Of a stretch of 64,000 nucleotides of DNA, positions 12,235 through 61,420 are shown in pieces. Under the pieces are notes generated by a model, which had not been told where the DNA came from, searched no databases, and saw only the letters and a program-made list of their open reading frames with translations. The stretch is from Eutreptiella sp. 'Long Island Sound 2002' (lineage: Eukaryota > Protista > Euglenida). The position numbers and the translations under genes were made by a program. Within the stretch, counting starts at the first letter, position 1. Every line of letters begins with the position of its first letter. The DNA is taken from the NCBI GenBank assembly GCA_964036045.1, contig OZ038378.1, positions 190,650,001 through 190,714,000 of the forward strand. The letters are read 5' to 3'.

Positions 12235-15200
12235 CCCTACCAAAAAACCATCCTTTTTGTACCATAGAAAAACATGGATTTGTACACATGCCTCAAGAGA
12301 TATACAGGCGTCACACAAAATCCCCACTTCTTGCCAAACCTCCCCTCAAAAGTTCAAACGAAAATACACCACGATTGCCCTCCCCCCCTCCTCCTGCGAC
12401 ACACTTCTGGACCAAAAAATGCACCGTAGTGATTGGATATTTGCCATGTTTTTGCCACGTGTTTTAGCCGGCTTCCGGTATCTTCTTGATTGCAGATTGC
12501 CGGTTCTATCCAGCAATTCTAGTTGTACGAGCCCGCAAACACCGAAAGTTTTTTGTCGTAACCAATCTTTGCAGCAACATGGTGTGTCAAAGTTCAAAAC
12601 ACAAAGAAAGTAACCGCGCCTACAAGGTTGATGGCATCAAACATGTTCGCTACATAGTTGATTGGTCGGCGGCAAATGTCAAATGTATTAGAAAAACCAA
12701 GACGTTGGAGGGTTTAGCCTCAACATGGAAATATGTCTGGGTGATTTGCCCTACCTCTGGGGGAGTACTTCTTAGTTGGATGAAATAGGACATCGAATGC
12801 TAAATAGAGCTATGAATTTCCTACCCAAACACAACCAATGAAGACATAGAGGCAACAAAACATTTCTTCGAAATTAGGTGCATATAACCATCAATCAACA
12901 CAATTGTGAAGCACGATGCAAGTGATGCAAGGCTAAACCCCATCGGACAAACAGTGGCCAAACTGAGGCTTCTGATTTTACAACACATTAAAAAAACATC
13001 ACAACATGGGTCTATTCAATAGATAACAGCCGGCAGCCGGGTGATTCACTAGCTGCACTGTTGCAACCGCCTTTCATCAACACGCCTTGATCCCAACAAA
13101 AAACAAAGTGAAAGAATGCACAGCACAAAAGTGCGTGTGTTGCCCTCTGTCGAACAGTTCTACAAAAACACACGGCAAGTGTGCAGCACCAACCAAAATA
13201 AGGTAGCATCATCATATAGGTTCGCCCGTTCTACCCATTCCACCGCCCCCAAATGCCCCATTACTACCCGAAAACCCAAGCATGCCCTTCCGGAGAAGCC
13301 AAATGCAAAACCAATTTTACCGGAGAAAAACAGCTTTTAAACCTTACAAAAACAAAAAGCCCCCACCCGTACCAAAAAACACGAGCTTTCTTGTTTCCAG
13401 AAAACCACCGGTCGGTTACTAAAGAAAAAAACCCCCGCTTTTAAAAAAAAAAGCAGCCCCAAATTTCTTACACCAAAAATTCCCAGTCCTAACCAAAGAA
13501 GTGTTTGAACCACTGAAAATTTTGAAAAACCCTACCGTACGGTGCATCCATTTGTAATTGCACTAAAAACACAAAGACAAACACAAAAAGGTTGACATAA
13601 GTTCAACCGAAAAACCAATTGTTGTTGCAAAAACGTAGGTATATATACGTCAGTAGATGTTAAGTTTTCTAGTCACTTGGTTTGCTTGTACTCATTTGAC
13701 TGCACCAGACAAATATCTTATGTTAAGACAAGAGCCGCACTGCTGAAAAAGGCCAAGAAAAAAACGGAGCATTTCGTTGCCAAAAAAGTTGATTGATTGG
13801 CAAAACATCGGTTGGTATGGTGAAGAGATAACTGGTGCATAAAAGGAAAAATGGCTCTTTGCGAAGCACTGTTATAGTCAACTGGCAAACATGTGGACAA
13901 ATGCCACATGGTGTTTGTTTTTTTGCTTTTGATAAAGTCGTTGCCTTGGCTTTCAGCAGGTTCGACATGCATGATACTACCTCTTTTTGTATGCAACTGC
14001 TGCAAATTGTCTACACATAATCACAAATCCATTGGTCACATTTCAAGGTACGACCATAGGCAGTACTATTTGACCACTTAACAATACATATTCATATTTG
14101 GCCGCCATCAATTATTGCGTCAAATCTGCTATAGATAATTAAATGGAGAACGCAGTGTGGTTGTCGCGGGCCGACGCACGGTGCGGGAGACAACCTGCGC
14201 ACACACTAGTCAAGTAATAGATTTTCGAAATAATGCAGCAAATGTCTCAGTGGACGGGGTTTTCCATGACTATCGTTCATTAACTTCGCTCCCGGATTCC
14301 CATGCCTATTGTGACGTTTTGTTGAGCTATGCACTTAATCGCCCGGGACAACCAAGTAATGGCCGAAAGTATAATGTTGCCCATGGGCCTGACGGTTATG
14401 AAAAGACGATCTCATTAATCAGTTCAAAAGGTCGGATTAGAATGTGTTGCGACCACTTGCCTTTCATTTTCGGTGTTTGCCGTACTATTCAACAAAATTT
14501 GGAAACTGCGGCTTCAACAATAATTTGAGAACGGAAAAGCACTGCCGATTATCAAACAATGTGATGCTACATTCTATGTCGCATCAAAGCCGAAAAGGTG
14601 AAGCTTCACTACAATGTTCCAGAGGTTCCGTGGAAGAACCCGTGACCTGCCCACCATGGATGCGCAAAGACTACCGGCAAATTCACTTCGCACCGTGAAC
14701 AGCGAGCAAAACAAGCCGGAGTTTCGAAAACAGCACTGTTGAAGCCACAGAGTCGGAGTTGGAGCTGGTGTCGGCTTTTGGCCGCCCATTTTGAGTTTGA
14801 CGGTTATTAGTGCATGGGTACGGGCTACTTATCTCCAAACATGCGGTTGCTGACCACTGACGGACGAAAGTTCAAATTGGGCATTTCGCTAAAGTATACA
14901 ATCAGGAGAACCATACCACGGCTATGAACCCATCCGAGATGCGACATGAAAGAAACTATAGGCAGTGTACAATTCATTACCGGCACGGGACGGAGACGTG
15001 GTTATGGCTCTATGGGTGCACAATGCAAGTTGATTACCATTGACAAAGAATGTACAAGAATCTTGCTAGAGCGTAATATATGGTTGCCGGGGAGGTGGGG
15101 TTTCACTACTTACCAATCTTCATTCATGGTTTGGCCGGTATCAAATTTTTGTCGAATTTGCTATTGATACAGTGCGCTGTGGTTGTTGAGGGCCGGCGCC

Positions 15201-16800
15201 TGGCGCTACAAGTAGCATGCGTACATGCGGCGACCAAGTGGCGACACATTGTCAAAATGTCGACACGGTTTAGTAAATGTTGATAAATGCCTGAGCGCAG
15301 ATTTGATAAATCTATCGTTCATTAATGCCATTGTATACGGCTGTTGGTATGGTTTCTCCAACTATACACGGAATGAAGCGGGACAACAACGTCATGGCCT
15401 AAAATATAATGGTGCGCATTGGCCTAACTAGTGTGCAAAGCCGCCGAGTTCAGGGATAGCTGCAACCACTTACTCCTTCATTTTTAGCGTTCGTTGTACC
15501 GTTCAACAAAATATGGAGGCTGCAGTTTAAACAAAAACCGGAGAACACAAAAACACCGGCGATTTTCGAAAACGGTAATGCTACATTGTATGTCTCATCA
15601 AACTAGAAAAATTCACTTCAAGAACGGGAACTTGTTTCTTCCATATTTTGACAAATGCGGGAGCTGGGGTCACTTCCTTATCCCTGCTATGAGAAGTGTT
15701 TTCATAAGAAGCAAGTTGTGGTGCATCTATGGTAAAAGTCAAAGCAGTATTCTCTTTCATTACAGCAGTCCATGCAACCAACTCGGATCCATGTACATCA
15801 ACCCTGACTGGTTTTCCATCTAGCCGTCGGCCTCCCAACACACATGCACTTGATCGCCTTGCGCTTCCACAATGGAAACATGATACAAATTGCGCTTTTC
15901 ACCACCGTTCATGGTGCAATTGAACACTGCAAAACAAACCACCCCTTTCGTCCATGGCTCCGTTGGAGACACTTGCAATTCATTACCTCATAGAGCCAAT
16001 CGTTCAAAGACAGGAGCCAAAGTGAGAAGAGTAGATTGCAAAGAAGTGGCAAACAGAGCCACAAGGTCAAAATGCACATCGTGTCGCGTTACCATATCCT
16101 TTTGCGCATCCTTGACATGCAAGAGGATCCAACACAACACATTTCAGTCGTCCAGAGAGTGGAGAATAAAATTGAGTTGCTTGTTGGGATGATAATTCAT
16201 TGGGGGGGCGCCGGCATCAATGTATAGATGTGAAAAGCACGATATAGCTGTCGCCACAAAGCAACATAACCACACTGCCAAGCATCAATATGAATACCAG
16301 AGAGCCAAACCATTGCTTGCGAGAGGGGATTGAGAACGGTTTGTAAACAACCGGTATAGTCATAGAATTCCAAAATAAAAGCAAACGAAGATACCACAAC
16401 CCCATTAAGCACAAACCACAACAAAGCAACCCAATGCACGGCTCTTGATGAAATATTGTTGGACTGGGGTAGCGGGATATTGGCAGTGTTAACCATATCC
16501 ACATGCCACCCCTAGGGGTCGCAAACACTGCGTTCTTTCATATGAGGGGTTTTTTGGTAGGAATTGGTGCCAATTGGGGGTATTTTTGGTACAAAAAGAG
16601 GGGGGGCTGTGGGGGGGGGGTACAAAATGGTGCAAATGGTGTTTTTTTGGTAACAAAATGGGGCTGGGGGGGGGGGGGGTTGGCAAGAAATGGAAGAGAT
16701 TGGTGTTTTTTTTGGTAAAAAAAAATGGTGCAAGGGTGGTTTGGTAAAAATTGGTACAAATTGGGGGGTGTTTTGGTTAAAAAAAAAATGGGGGTCTTTT
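12235..16800. mobile_element. AT-rich island bounded by inverted repeats (probable decayed DNA transposon or viral-like insertion)
   Basis: Visibly AT-richer than the flanks. Left cctaccaaaaaacc..cctttttgtacca (12236-12265) is the inverse of right ggtttttttggtagg..tggtacaaaaagagg (16548-16602). Only stop-riddled ORFs inside. Confidence 0.45.
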
Positions 16801-17559
16801 GGTACGCACCATCATCTTGGGCTGCCCTTTCATGCTCAAAAACCAGATGGGACCCTTTGCCCCATCGCTGCTGCCCAGTCATGGAATGTGAGAGCACATT
16901 GGAGCACATCTTCCCCCGTGCAGCGCGCTCTTTTGAGATAGTCCCTGATGTTTCTGGAACGAACTGGGATAGACTCCGAGATCGGCCCAAACACTCAAAA
17001 ACCAGAAAATTGCAATGGATTTAGCTGGCAACTGTCTTCACCGGACTTGGCATGTTGTCATTGGTCAAATTACTCGACACTACATTTTGCCTGTACAACC
17101 AGTCCCCCTGAACAGCATATCACTGCACAATTATCATGGTTCAGTGGGGCAAATAATAGTAACTATGTACATTCTAATGTGAACATGGAAATGGCACAAC
17201 ACATGATTCCTGCACAACGAAAGGTTCCAGCAGGCTGATTGGCAGGAGGAGGAGAGGGAGGCTTTTTCAGGGGCAATTGTTACTGCATTTTGCCAGCTGT
17301 GAGTGGTCATACTATCCGGCAGTTTGTGTCTGACCCAACCCCTGGAATCTTCTGTTTACCATTTCATGACTCAACTACCCCTCAATTTCTTGTATTCTTC
17401 CTCTGATGCATTTCCACATCGGGCGGCAAATTCTTGTGTGCAATTCTCTCTCAAATCTGGTGGCACAAAAAAATCTATTCACCCAGTTTTGGGGGCCTCT
17501 GTTGAAGCCCCATCCCCGCCCCCTCTCTAACTGAAAGTCCAGGCCCAACTTCCCCCAAA

Positions 17560-17900
17560 TGCCTCAGAATATAAGGATGTCAGTAATTCTCGCATTGCAC
17601 CATGAATGTGGGTAATGGCAACTCAGACCGATGACGCGTGACTGCTGTGATAGACAGGGGGAACGTGCACGTGCTAGCAACTACTTGCACACTACCTCAA
17701 CGCTACTGCGTGGAGTGCAGCCAACGCCTATTAGCACTTTGCAGAGAAAATTCGTGGCATTTGGCAGGACTTGGCATGCTGGGTATTTCCTTGATGTGGC
17801 TGATTTTTACAGCACCGTTTTGTGGGAATATTTGCACCAACAGTCTATTACGGGTTTGCCTCAGGCGGGTTGCACCCACAGGCCTAGGGGGTTGGCCAAA
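17560..17900 (+). mobile_element. Possible reverse-transcriptase remnant
   Basis: GYFLDVADFYSTVLWEYLHQQSITGLPQ resembles the non-LTR RT motif LD..KAFDSV.W..L...GLP. The surrounding frame is broken. Confidence 0.3.
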
Positions 17901-20900
17901 AAAGTCATGTGCAATCGATGGTCATGTGAGCCACATGGCACTTAGCATGGGGCAGTCACAATTCTTCTGCTGGTTGCTGCTGAGTGCAAGCACTGTTTCT
18001 GCCAAGAAGTTGTGCCATGTGCATCATCCACATTCCCGCAGGCCAAACCATACCAAGGCTAAACATGATGATCCACCAATGGGAATGTTTGTGGCCAGTG
18101 AACACGAGACACCTGGACATGAGCACCAAACAGGACGTCAATTGGGCGCACAAAGCCTCTAAACGACCCCCAAATGCCAGAATAGAACTTCTAAAAAAGC
18201 AACCACTATGAGCCCCCCACCCACCAACAAGGATGTTGATCACAGTGCCTTCTTGTGCACAGCGCCCCCAAAGAGGGTTCTGTGAGGATGGGGCGCGTCA
18301 ATCCAAAGAATTGTTGTGGTACAGGGTTACCCTTCCATCGGTACACTCACCCGGCAGGGCACTCGCTGAAGCAGCCCCTTCGGTGCCCTTCTCAAATTTG
18401 CACCCATAATTGCACCCCCTGCCTGCACAAACACATCCTGAATTCTAGGAACCAGGGGTGTCCCGAAATCGTGTGCTCAGTTCAGAGAAAACACCTCCTG
18501 CGTGTGTACGGGGGGCCCCCGTGCGCTTGACAGCCCACATGCGTTTGACAGAGACTGGCATGTGGAGACATGACACGACACATTCCACGTAGCATCTCCG
18601 GGTACTCACGAGTGGACAGCAACAGCGTATCCAACCCCCACCCCCTTTCCCCCCTTGTCCGGTGATGAGCCAAATGCTTCACACGCCCACAACAATAATG
18701 TTGAGGCATCTCTCTTGCCAATCTCAGACCTGGTCAAACCTCAAACAAAAAAAATCGAACTCGATGACAACTCATACACACTCAGACTGACAAACCTCTG
18801 CACAATCTTGCACACTCCCATACACGCTTGGGCAAACAGCGGGTGTGTGCAAAGGAGGGAGAGGGGGGCGGATTGATCCATATGCGCAAAGGCATTCGGC
18901 GCGAGTGGACCCCTGCTCCAGGCCGTCTGAACCCTTCATGGGTTTGCAGGAAGACCAGACCTGAACGCCGATCACCAGAACTCATGCAGAGCATCTGTCC
19001 AATACCCCATGTGCTGCGGATGCTCACGGCGCACCCAAAACCATTTTCACTGGCCGGGGACGCCATCTGCAGCTGCAACAAAGGGGCAGCAGCCCCCGAC
19101 CAGGGGCCTGTGGGCAGAATCTTGACATCAACCCCCACCTCCCCAGCATGGTGCTCTACTGCTGGCACGATACCCCACAGGGATGGGTATCAGACGCCCC
19201 AAAAAAAATTACAATTGACGAACTACAAAATACGAACTGCCATGGACCAAGAGCAGTCCACCAAGGGGGTCGGGGGGTGCCGCCCTGCAACTCCAACAGG
19301 ACCCCCCAAATGATCCCCATGACACATAGGCCCAAAATTGGAGACCGATCTTACGTAAACAAAATTTTGGCTGGCGCCTGACCAACCCCCACCCACCTAC
19401 CCACCCCCGCAGGGGGGCGGGGGGTGGCACTAAGCAATGGCCTGCCCTCAACCCGGCACTAATACCCTTGCCCCACACGGACCCCACCCGCTGTGCAGGT
19501 TCCGCACTACCCTGCGGGGAACGGTAGCTAATTGACAGTCCCCCAGGGGGGAAGGGGACGGCACGTACCACGTACCTGGCAAGAATGGATACATGCTGCA
19601 GCGCTGCAACCCTGCGGATCTGGAACATGAGAGCATGCGTTGAGCATGGCACCTCAGCACCTCAGCACCTCAGGACACATGGAATGCATCAGACTAAAAC
19701 ATTATCCTTTACCATTCACAGCACAGGAAGCGTTCGGGGTGTGCAAGGACATCAGCAGAGCAGCAGCTAGGCTGTACAAATGACCTCAATGCTCCACTGT
19801 GCAATTTTTTTTGCCTTCACAAAGCGACAGTTCCCCGAGGGCTTGGACAAAGGGTGGGAGAGGACGCGGGGGGTGAGGGTAATGACGTCAAAATCATATG
19901 CACCCCCAGTACCTGAGGTGGAGCCAGGCTCGGCGCCCCGGAGGAGGTCTCAAGGGTTGTCACGTGGTGAGGGAGGGTTGCATCCAGCCTAAAAATGCGG
20001 CTGACCACAGGCAGCGGGGGGTGCAAACCCGCATGGGGTTCTTGTTGCTTGCTCCCCTCCGTGACCAAACCTGCAACGAAAGTGTCTTTGTTCTCCCCCC
20101 AACACTCGGCTGAACAATGCTTTGGTGCTTTTCTTAGTGCCAAGCCATCCCATCCCACGAAAAAAACTCGCAGGGGGAGTCAACTCGACTACAAATTTGC
20201 CGGTGCAGTGGTGAGAGCGATTGGTGCAGGCTTGTGGCGGTTTGCAGAGGTTTGTGGCCGTTTGTAAGGTCGTTGTCAAGGTTTGTGTCCGTGCATACGA
20301 TGAAATCACAATGCGCCAGCGGCCGTTGGATTCCAGGGATTATCTATAGCCCAGCACCGGAACAAAGCATCTGTTTGTGGACAACTACATGACTGCAGGG
20401 GCAGGGCCGGCAAATAGTGGTCTCTCGCCTTGACGTCGGCACCCATGGGCTGACCCTGTGGAAGCAAAGCGAAACCCTCCCACCCCGTCCCCTGATCCGG
20501 TGCGGTCAGTCCCACTGTAAGCCGGGAGTCATAGTGGCGACAGGGCAGTCTGTTGAATGCCCAGAGCCTACGGATGTCCAGTGCTGTATCGAAGATTGGG
20601 AAGCCTCGGAGAAGGACACACACTCCATGGGTCCTGCTTGTGGAACGTTTGTTTGAGCAGTCCTCATGCGCACCATGGACCACAGCCGCTGGCAGGCGAA
20701 TTGGGGGTATGACACAGAATATGTGCAGGGCTACCTCAAAGAGGTTGCTAGATCTGGTCAGGGTAAAGAGGAGGGTGAGGCTGAGGGTGATGGGTGAACG
20801 AAAAAGCAGTGGACTGGAGGGGGTGAGAGTGAGGGAGTCTGTGCAACTGTGCAGGTGACTTGGCGATGAACACCACACTTTTACAAAGAAAGTCAAACTC

Positions 20901-21554
20901 TTTTGTTGCCCACGGTTTTGACTATGCCGAATCGGTTCAATCGATTCCTGGTCAAAACGGAAACTTTTTGCGTGTCACATTTTCCACCTGTCGCTCCCAA
21001 ATGGGGTTTGGGGCAACCAACTAGCGAGGTCGCTTTTGGCCAAAAATTTTTGCGCTTGGCGGTGAAAACCAGACTTTTAGATGGGCGTGCGGGCGAGGGC
21101 GAGCGTGACAATGAGTGTGTGGGCGCGGCTGGGGGCCACAGTGATGGTGAGCGTGCGAGGAGCGACCTTCAGACTGAGGGTGAGGGTGACAGCGAGTACG
21201 CAAGGGGGGGGGGGGGGATGGTGAGAGTAAGGCTTGAAATTATTAAACGGATGAGAAATGTGTACAGTAATCGAAGCCCCAATAAACCAGGCACAGCGAA
21301 AAGGTGGTGACAGGCAAACTCCTACCATCGACCTAGCAAAATTACTGTTGTCACGTCCAACGCCCACTTATAGACTTTCACTCCCCCGATTTAGGTCTTC
21401 TTTTGTGGTTTTCTCTGACGGTTACCGGTTGGCGTCTAATCGACGGCCGTCCCCAGTCAACGGCCATCGATCGGTTGTTGACCGGCAACGCCGGCAGTCT
21501 TTCTTCGCCACTACAGAAAACGGAAGGGCCCGCCGGCAGCCTGGCGGACGCCTC

Positions 21555-58150
<36,596 letters not shown>

Positions 58151-58179
58151 CTGAACAGGGCACGGAAAGGGGTTGGTTG

Positions 58180-58630
58180 AGGGCGGTCGTGGGTGGTGTG
58201 GTAACAGTGCGGGTAGCCGTGCAGGTGTGGGGTAGCAGTGGCCACGGCAGCAGAGGTGGTGACTGGCCCAGCTGATGGGTGATGGTGGCAATAGAATTGG
58301 TGGTGGCGGTGGCAATAGCAGTGGCGGTGGACGTGCAAACAGATGCGGTGATGGCTGTGATGATGGAAAGAGTGGCAGCTGTGGCAATGGCAGTGGTGGT
58401 GGCTGTCGCACTAGCAGTGGTGGTGGTGGTGGTTTTGGTAGCAGCAGTGGTGGTGGCTGCGGCGATAGCAGTGGTGGACTGTGGCACTGGATGTGGCAGT
58501 GGCTGTGGCAATGGCAGTGGTGGTAGCCCTCGCAACAGCAGTGGTGGTGACTGGCAATCCCAGTGGTGGTGGGTGTGGTGACAAAAGTGATGGTACCTGT
58601 GGCCATAGCAGGGGTGGTGCTTGTGGCGGT
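58180..58630. repeat. Degenerate GTG/GCA trinucleotide low-complexity tract
   Basis: Direct reading. Confidence 0.85.
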
Positions 58631-58910
58631 TCTCAAGGGGGACACATCGTTTGGGCACCATGCATTATCGCCTGCACAGGTCGTGCTCATTAAGTGCTTA
58701 TGGAGGTGCATGATGATGAAACTCCCACAAAGGGGTCAAGCAGGTGCTGTGCTTGCACCCAAGCGTCCTCTCAGACAGACCTCTCTCCCTTTGCCCCTCA
58801 AACTAACACAATTGTTGGGAGACACATTCAAAAAAACAAAAAAAAGAGCCGCTGCCCAGCACATGTTCCTGGCCAATGTCCGGTGTATGCTGCTTTGCCG
58901 AAGGATATAC

Positions 58911-59235
58911 CCCCCCCCCCTGTCCGAGCTACGCAAAAAACCCAAATTAATACGGTGCCTACGCCTCTGTAGGTTAGACAAGACCACAATACCAACCCAC
59001 ACTCAAGTGACCACATGATAGAAATAGCTGCACGCCCAGGTTAAAAAAAAGAGCATTTCATGGGGAGCTGGTGCAAGAAAGGGTAACCATAATGCCCAAA
59101 TATCCCCCAAATCAAGCTGTGGGGGGCCAAATGGGCAAACACTGACAAAACAAATGTCTTATGTGGCTGCACTACATTTGATCCCGAGTTAAATTAGGCC
59201 CCAAATTAATACAATCCCTACGCCCGCTATAGCTT
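58911..59235 (-). mobile_element. MITE-like family A, copy 3 (inverted)
   Basis: The reverse complement contains aagctatagcgggcgtagggattgtattaatttggggcctaatttaa...tgtagtgcagccacataagacat. Confidence 0.7.
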
Positions 59236-59460
59236 GGTACTTCATTTGGGCTGCCATTACAAGGCACCCAAGAGGGGTACATGATTTGGGGGGTACGCCC
59301 CCCCCTTGCAAGGGCAACACTAAAGTTCCAAAATTATATTGCCTTCGGCAGTGCACCTCGAAGAGAGGTTGACAGTCAGCCAATCAGTCCCTGAGCCAGG
59401 CCAGCAGTCAGTCAGACAGAGACACACAGTTTGGGTTTTTTGTCAGTGGCAGATGCGGCC

Positions 59461-59691
59461 CCAAGCAGTGGGGAAACCTTTCGCCTTAGATCATGCAGTG
59501 GCCGAATGGTAATGCAGCTGACCGTAGTCTTTGCGGTCGGCGGTTCGAACCCCGGTCGGGTGAATACGGCGCCGCCACCGCGCCAACATTTGGCGGACCA
59601 GGATTCGAACCGCCAACCGAAAACTTTACGTCGGCTGTGTTACCATTCGACCATCAGTTGTGTGTCAGCGATGCGCTTCCCCACTGCTTGG
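59461..59691. mobile_element. Fold-back element with two convergent tRNA-like (SINE-like) arms
   Basis: 15-bp perfect inverted repeat ccaagcagtggggaa/ttccccactgcttgg. The plus arm has A box TGGCCGAATGG and B box GGTTCGAACCC; the minus arm has TGGTCGAATGG and GGTTCGAATCC. Confidence 0.75.
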
Positions 59692-59939
59692 AGCCTTCTG
59701 AGCGAAAACTTTTGACCCCCCCCCCCCCGGCCCCCCACCCCCCCCCTCAAAAAAGTGTTATCCAGTTTTAGGGGATAGAGGCCTCAGAATCAAAAAGTCC
59801 ATTGGGGGATGGTCTTATTGGGCAAAATAATGATTTTACAAGGGGTTGGACATCAAATATCATGCCTTGGGGTATGCTACGCGAATGACCCCAAAAAAGG
59901 GGGGTATACGACGCCTGCGCCTGCACTTGATCTAACAAC

Positions 59940-60055
59940 CTCTCTTCGAGATGATTTGACAGAAACAACACCGAGTGTTGCTCTTGCAAGGGTGTTGTGT
60001 GCGCCCGCCGTGAGAAGACACGAGCAGTCAAAACAAAGCAAAGCACCATTGAGAT
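59940..60055 (-). CDS. Candidate upstream exon of PKD1-like gene (possible TM1)
   Basis: ttcacaag|ISMVLCFVLTARVFSRRAH...; hydrophobic start, but the donor and phase link to 58150 are not resolved. Confidence 0.3.
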
Positions 60056-60530
60056 CTTGTGAACAATGTATGTGGAGGCGCATCAAAATCAGTTGCTGTG
60101 TCAAACTTGTAGGGTTCACATTCTGGTGGTAAGGGCCCACAAATGGGGCACAAGAGGGTTGGCAATTTGTCAAATCAAACTACAAATGCTAAGTTGTGAA
60201 GCCTTTTCCATAAGTATAATGCATGCGAAACTTCTGCACATGCCACCTTACCAGAGCACGACACCTTCAGCTTCCTCCCCCGTGGAGCAGGTGTAAAACA
60301 AAGTTAAACCCAGTTTTATCCACCACATGGTTCACCTGCAAGGACAAAATAGCATAGGTGCCAAAAAAAGACAGATACCAGTTCTGAAAGAGCCAGCTCT
60401 CAACCTATCCTCTTGCATTGTGGTTTTGTGTGCGCCCTATTTTGGAGTACATCTACACATCCATACGTCCTTATACATACAGGCAATACAAATAAACCCA
60501 TTCCATAAGTGTTTGAGATGGGGCAGCACT

Positions 60531-60660
60531 GCAACAACACCTTGCCCAGGGGTGCAAGGTGAAAGGTGCAAAGGAAGGCACTACTACAACAACACCTTGC
60601 CCAGGGGTGCAAGGTGAAAGGTGCAAAGGAAGGCACTACTACAACAACACCTTGCCCAAG
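60531..60660. repeat. 55-bp tandem repeat x2.4
   Basis: acaacaacaccttgcccaggggtgcaaggtgaaaggtgcaaaggaaggcactact. Confidence 0.9.
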
Positions 60661-61340
60661 GGTGATGAGGTCAAAAGTGCAATGACACACTACACACTCC
60701 ACAAACATTCTCTAAAACTGAAGCAAGGTGTAGAATGGGGCAAGATGCATGCAAGGAAAGGGCAACAAATGCCGGGACATGCAGTAACATCCATAAAGTG
60801 GCATCTCCAAAACCCAATATGACCAAAAAACTTCATCTTCATGGACAAATAGAAAATGGAACTGCCAAATTCCCCCCATACACGCACGGCCGCCGAGTCG
60901 TAGTAGTGACTTGCGTTGTGGTGTCTCCTCCACGGGCATTAACCGCCCCACCACCATATGAGGCTACAGAGACCGTAGAACCTATGTTAGTACGGCCGCC
61001 CGTTCTTGCATGCTCAGGCCGCGGCGGCGGCGCCCTGCTCATCGTGATTTCGAAGTCCAGTGCTAGCTCAATGTAGGAAGTCTCACCCACGGGGGGACGA
61101 CTACAACCGGTCCTGATGCGACATACCCCCAGCTATCTGTCAAAACTCGGGGGGGGGGGGGCAGAGTTGGGGGGGGGGTCCGGCCGGGGGTCGGGGGGGG
61201 TCCGGCCGGGAGTCGGGGGGGGGGTCCGGCTGGGGGTTGGGGGGGGGTCCTACCAGGGGTCTGGGGGGGGAGGTCCTGCCGGGGGTCGGAGGGGGGTCTG
61301 GCCGGGGGTCAGGGGGGCGTGGGATGGGGTGAGGGGGGGG

Positions 61341-61420
61341 ATTAGGGTTGGGGTTGGGGTTAAGGTAAGGGTTAAGGTTAGCCCTAGGGTTAGGGTTAGC
61401 CCTAGGGTTAGGGTTAGGGT
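61341..61420 (+). repeat. Interstitial telomere-like (TTAGGG) repeats
   Basis: ttagggttggggttgggg...ttagccctagggttagggttagccctagggttagggttaggg. Confidence 0.85.

Noticed and set aside
15380-15620. Tyrosine recombinase (LMRH...LGH...Y on the minus strand)
   Set aside because: The RH-to-LGH spacing (~65 aa) is far too long, and the motifs are separated by stops.
59494-59655. Functional tRNA genes
   Set aside because: A and B boxes are present, but there is no acceptor stem or canonical 7-nt anticodon loop.
61341-61420. True chromosome end
   Set aside because: Short, degenerate and flanked by sequence on both sides.
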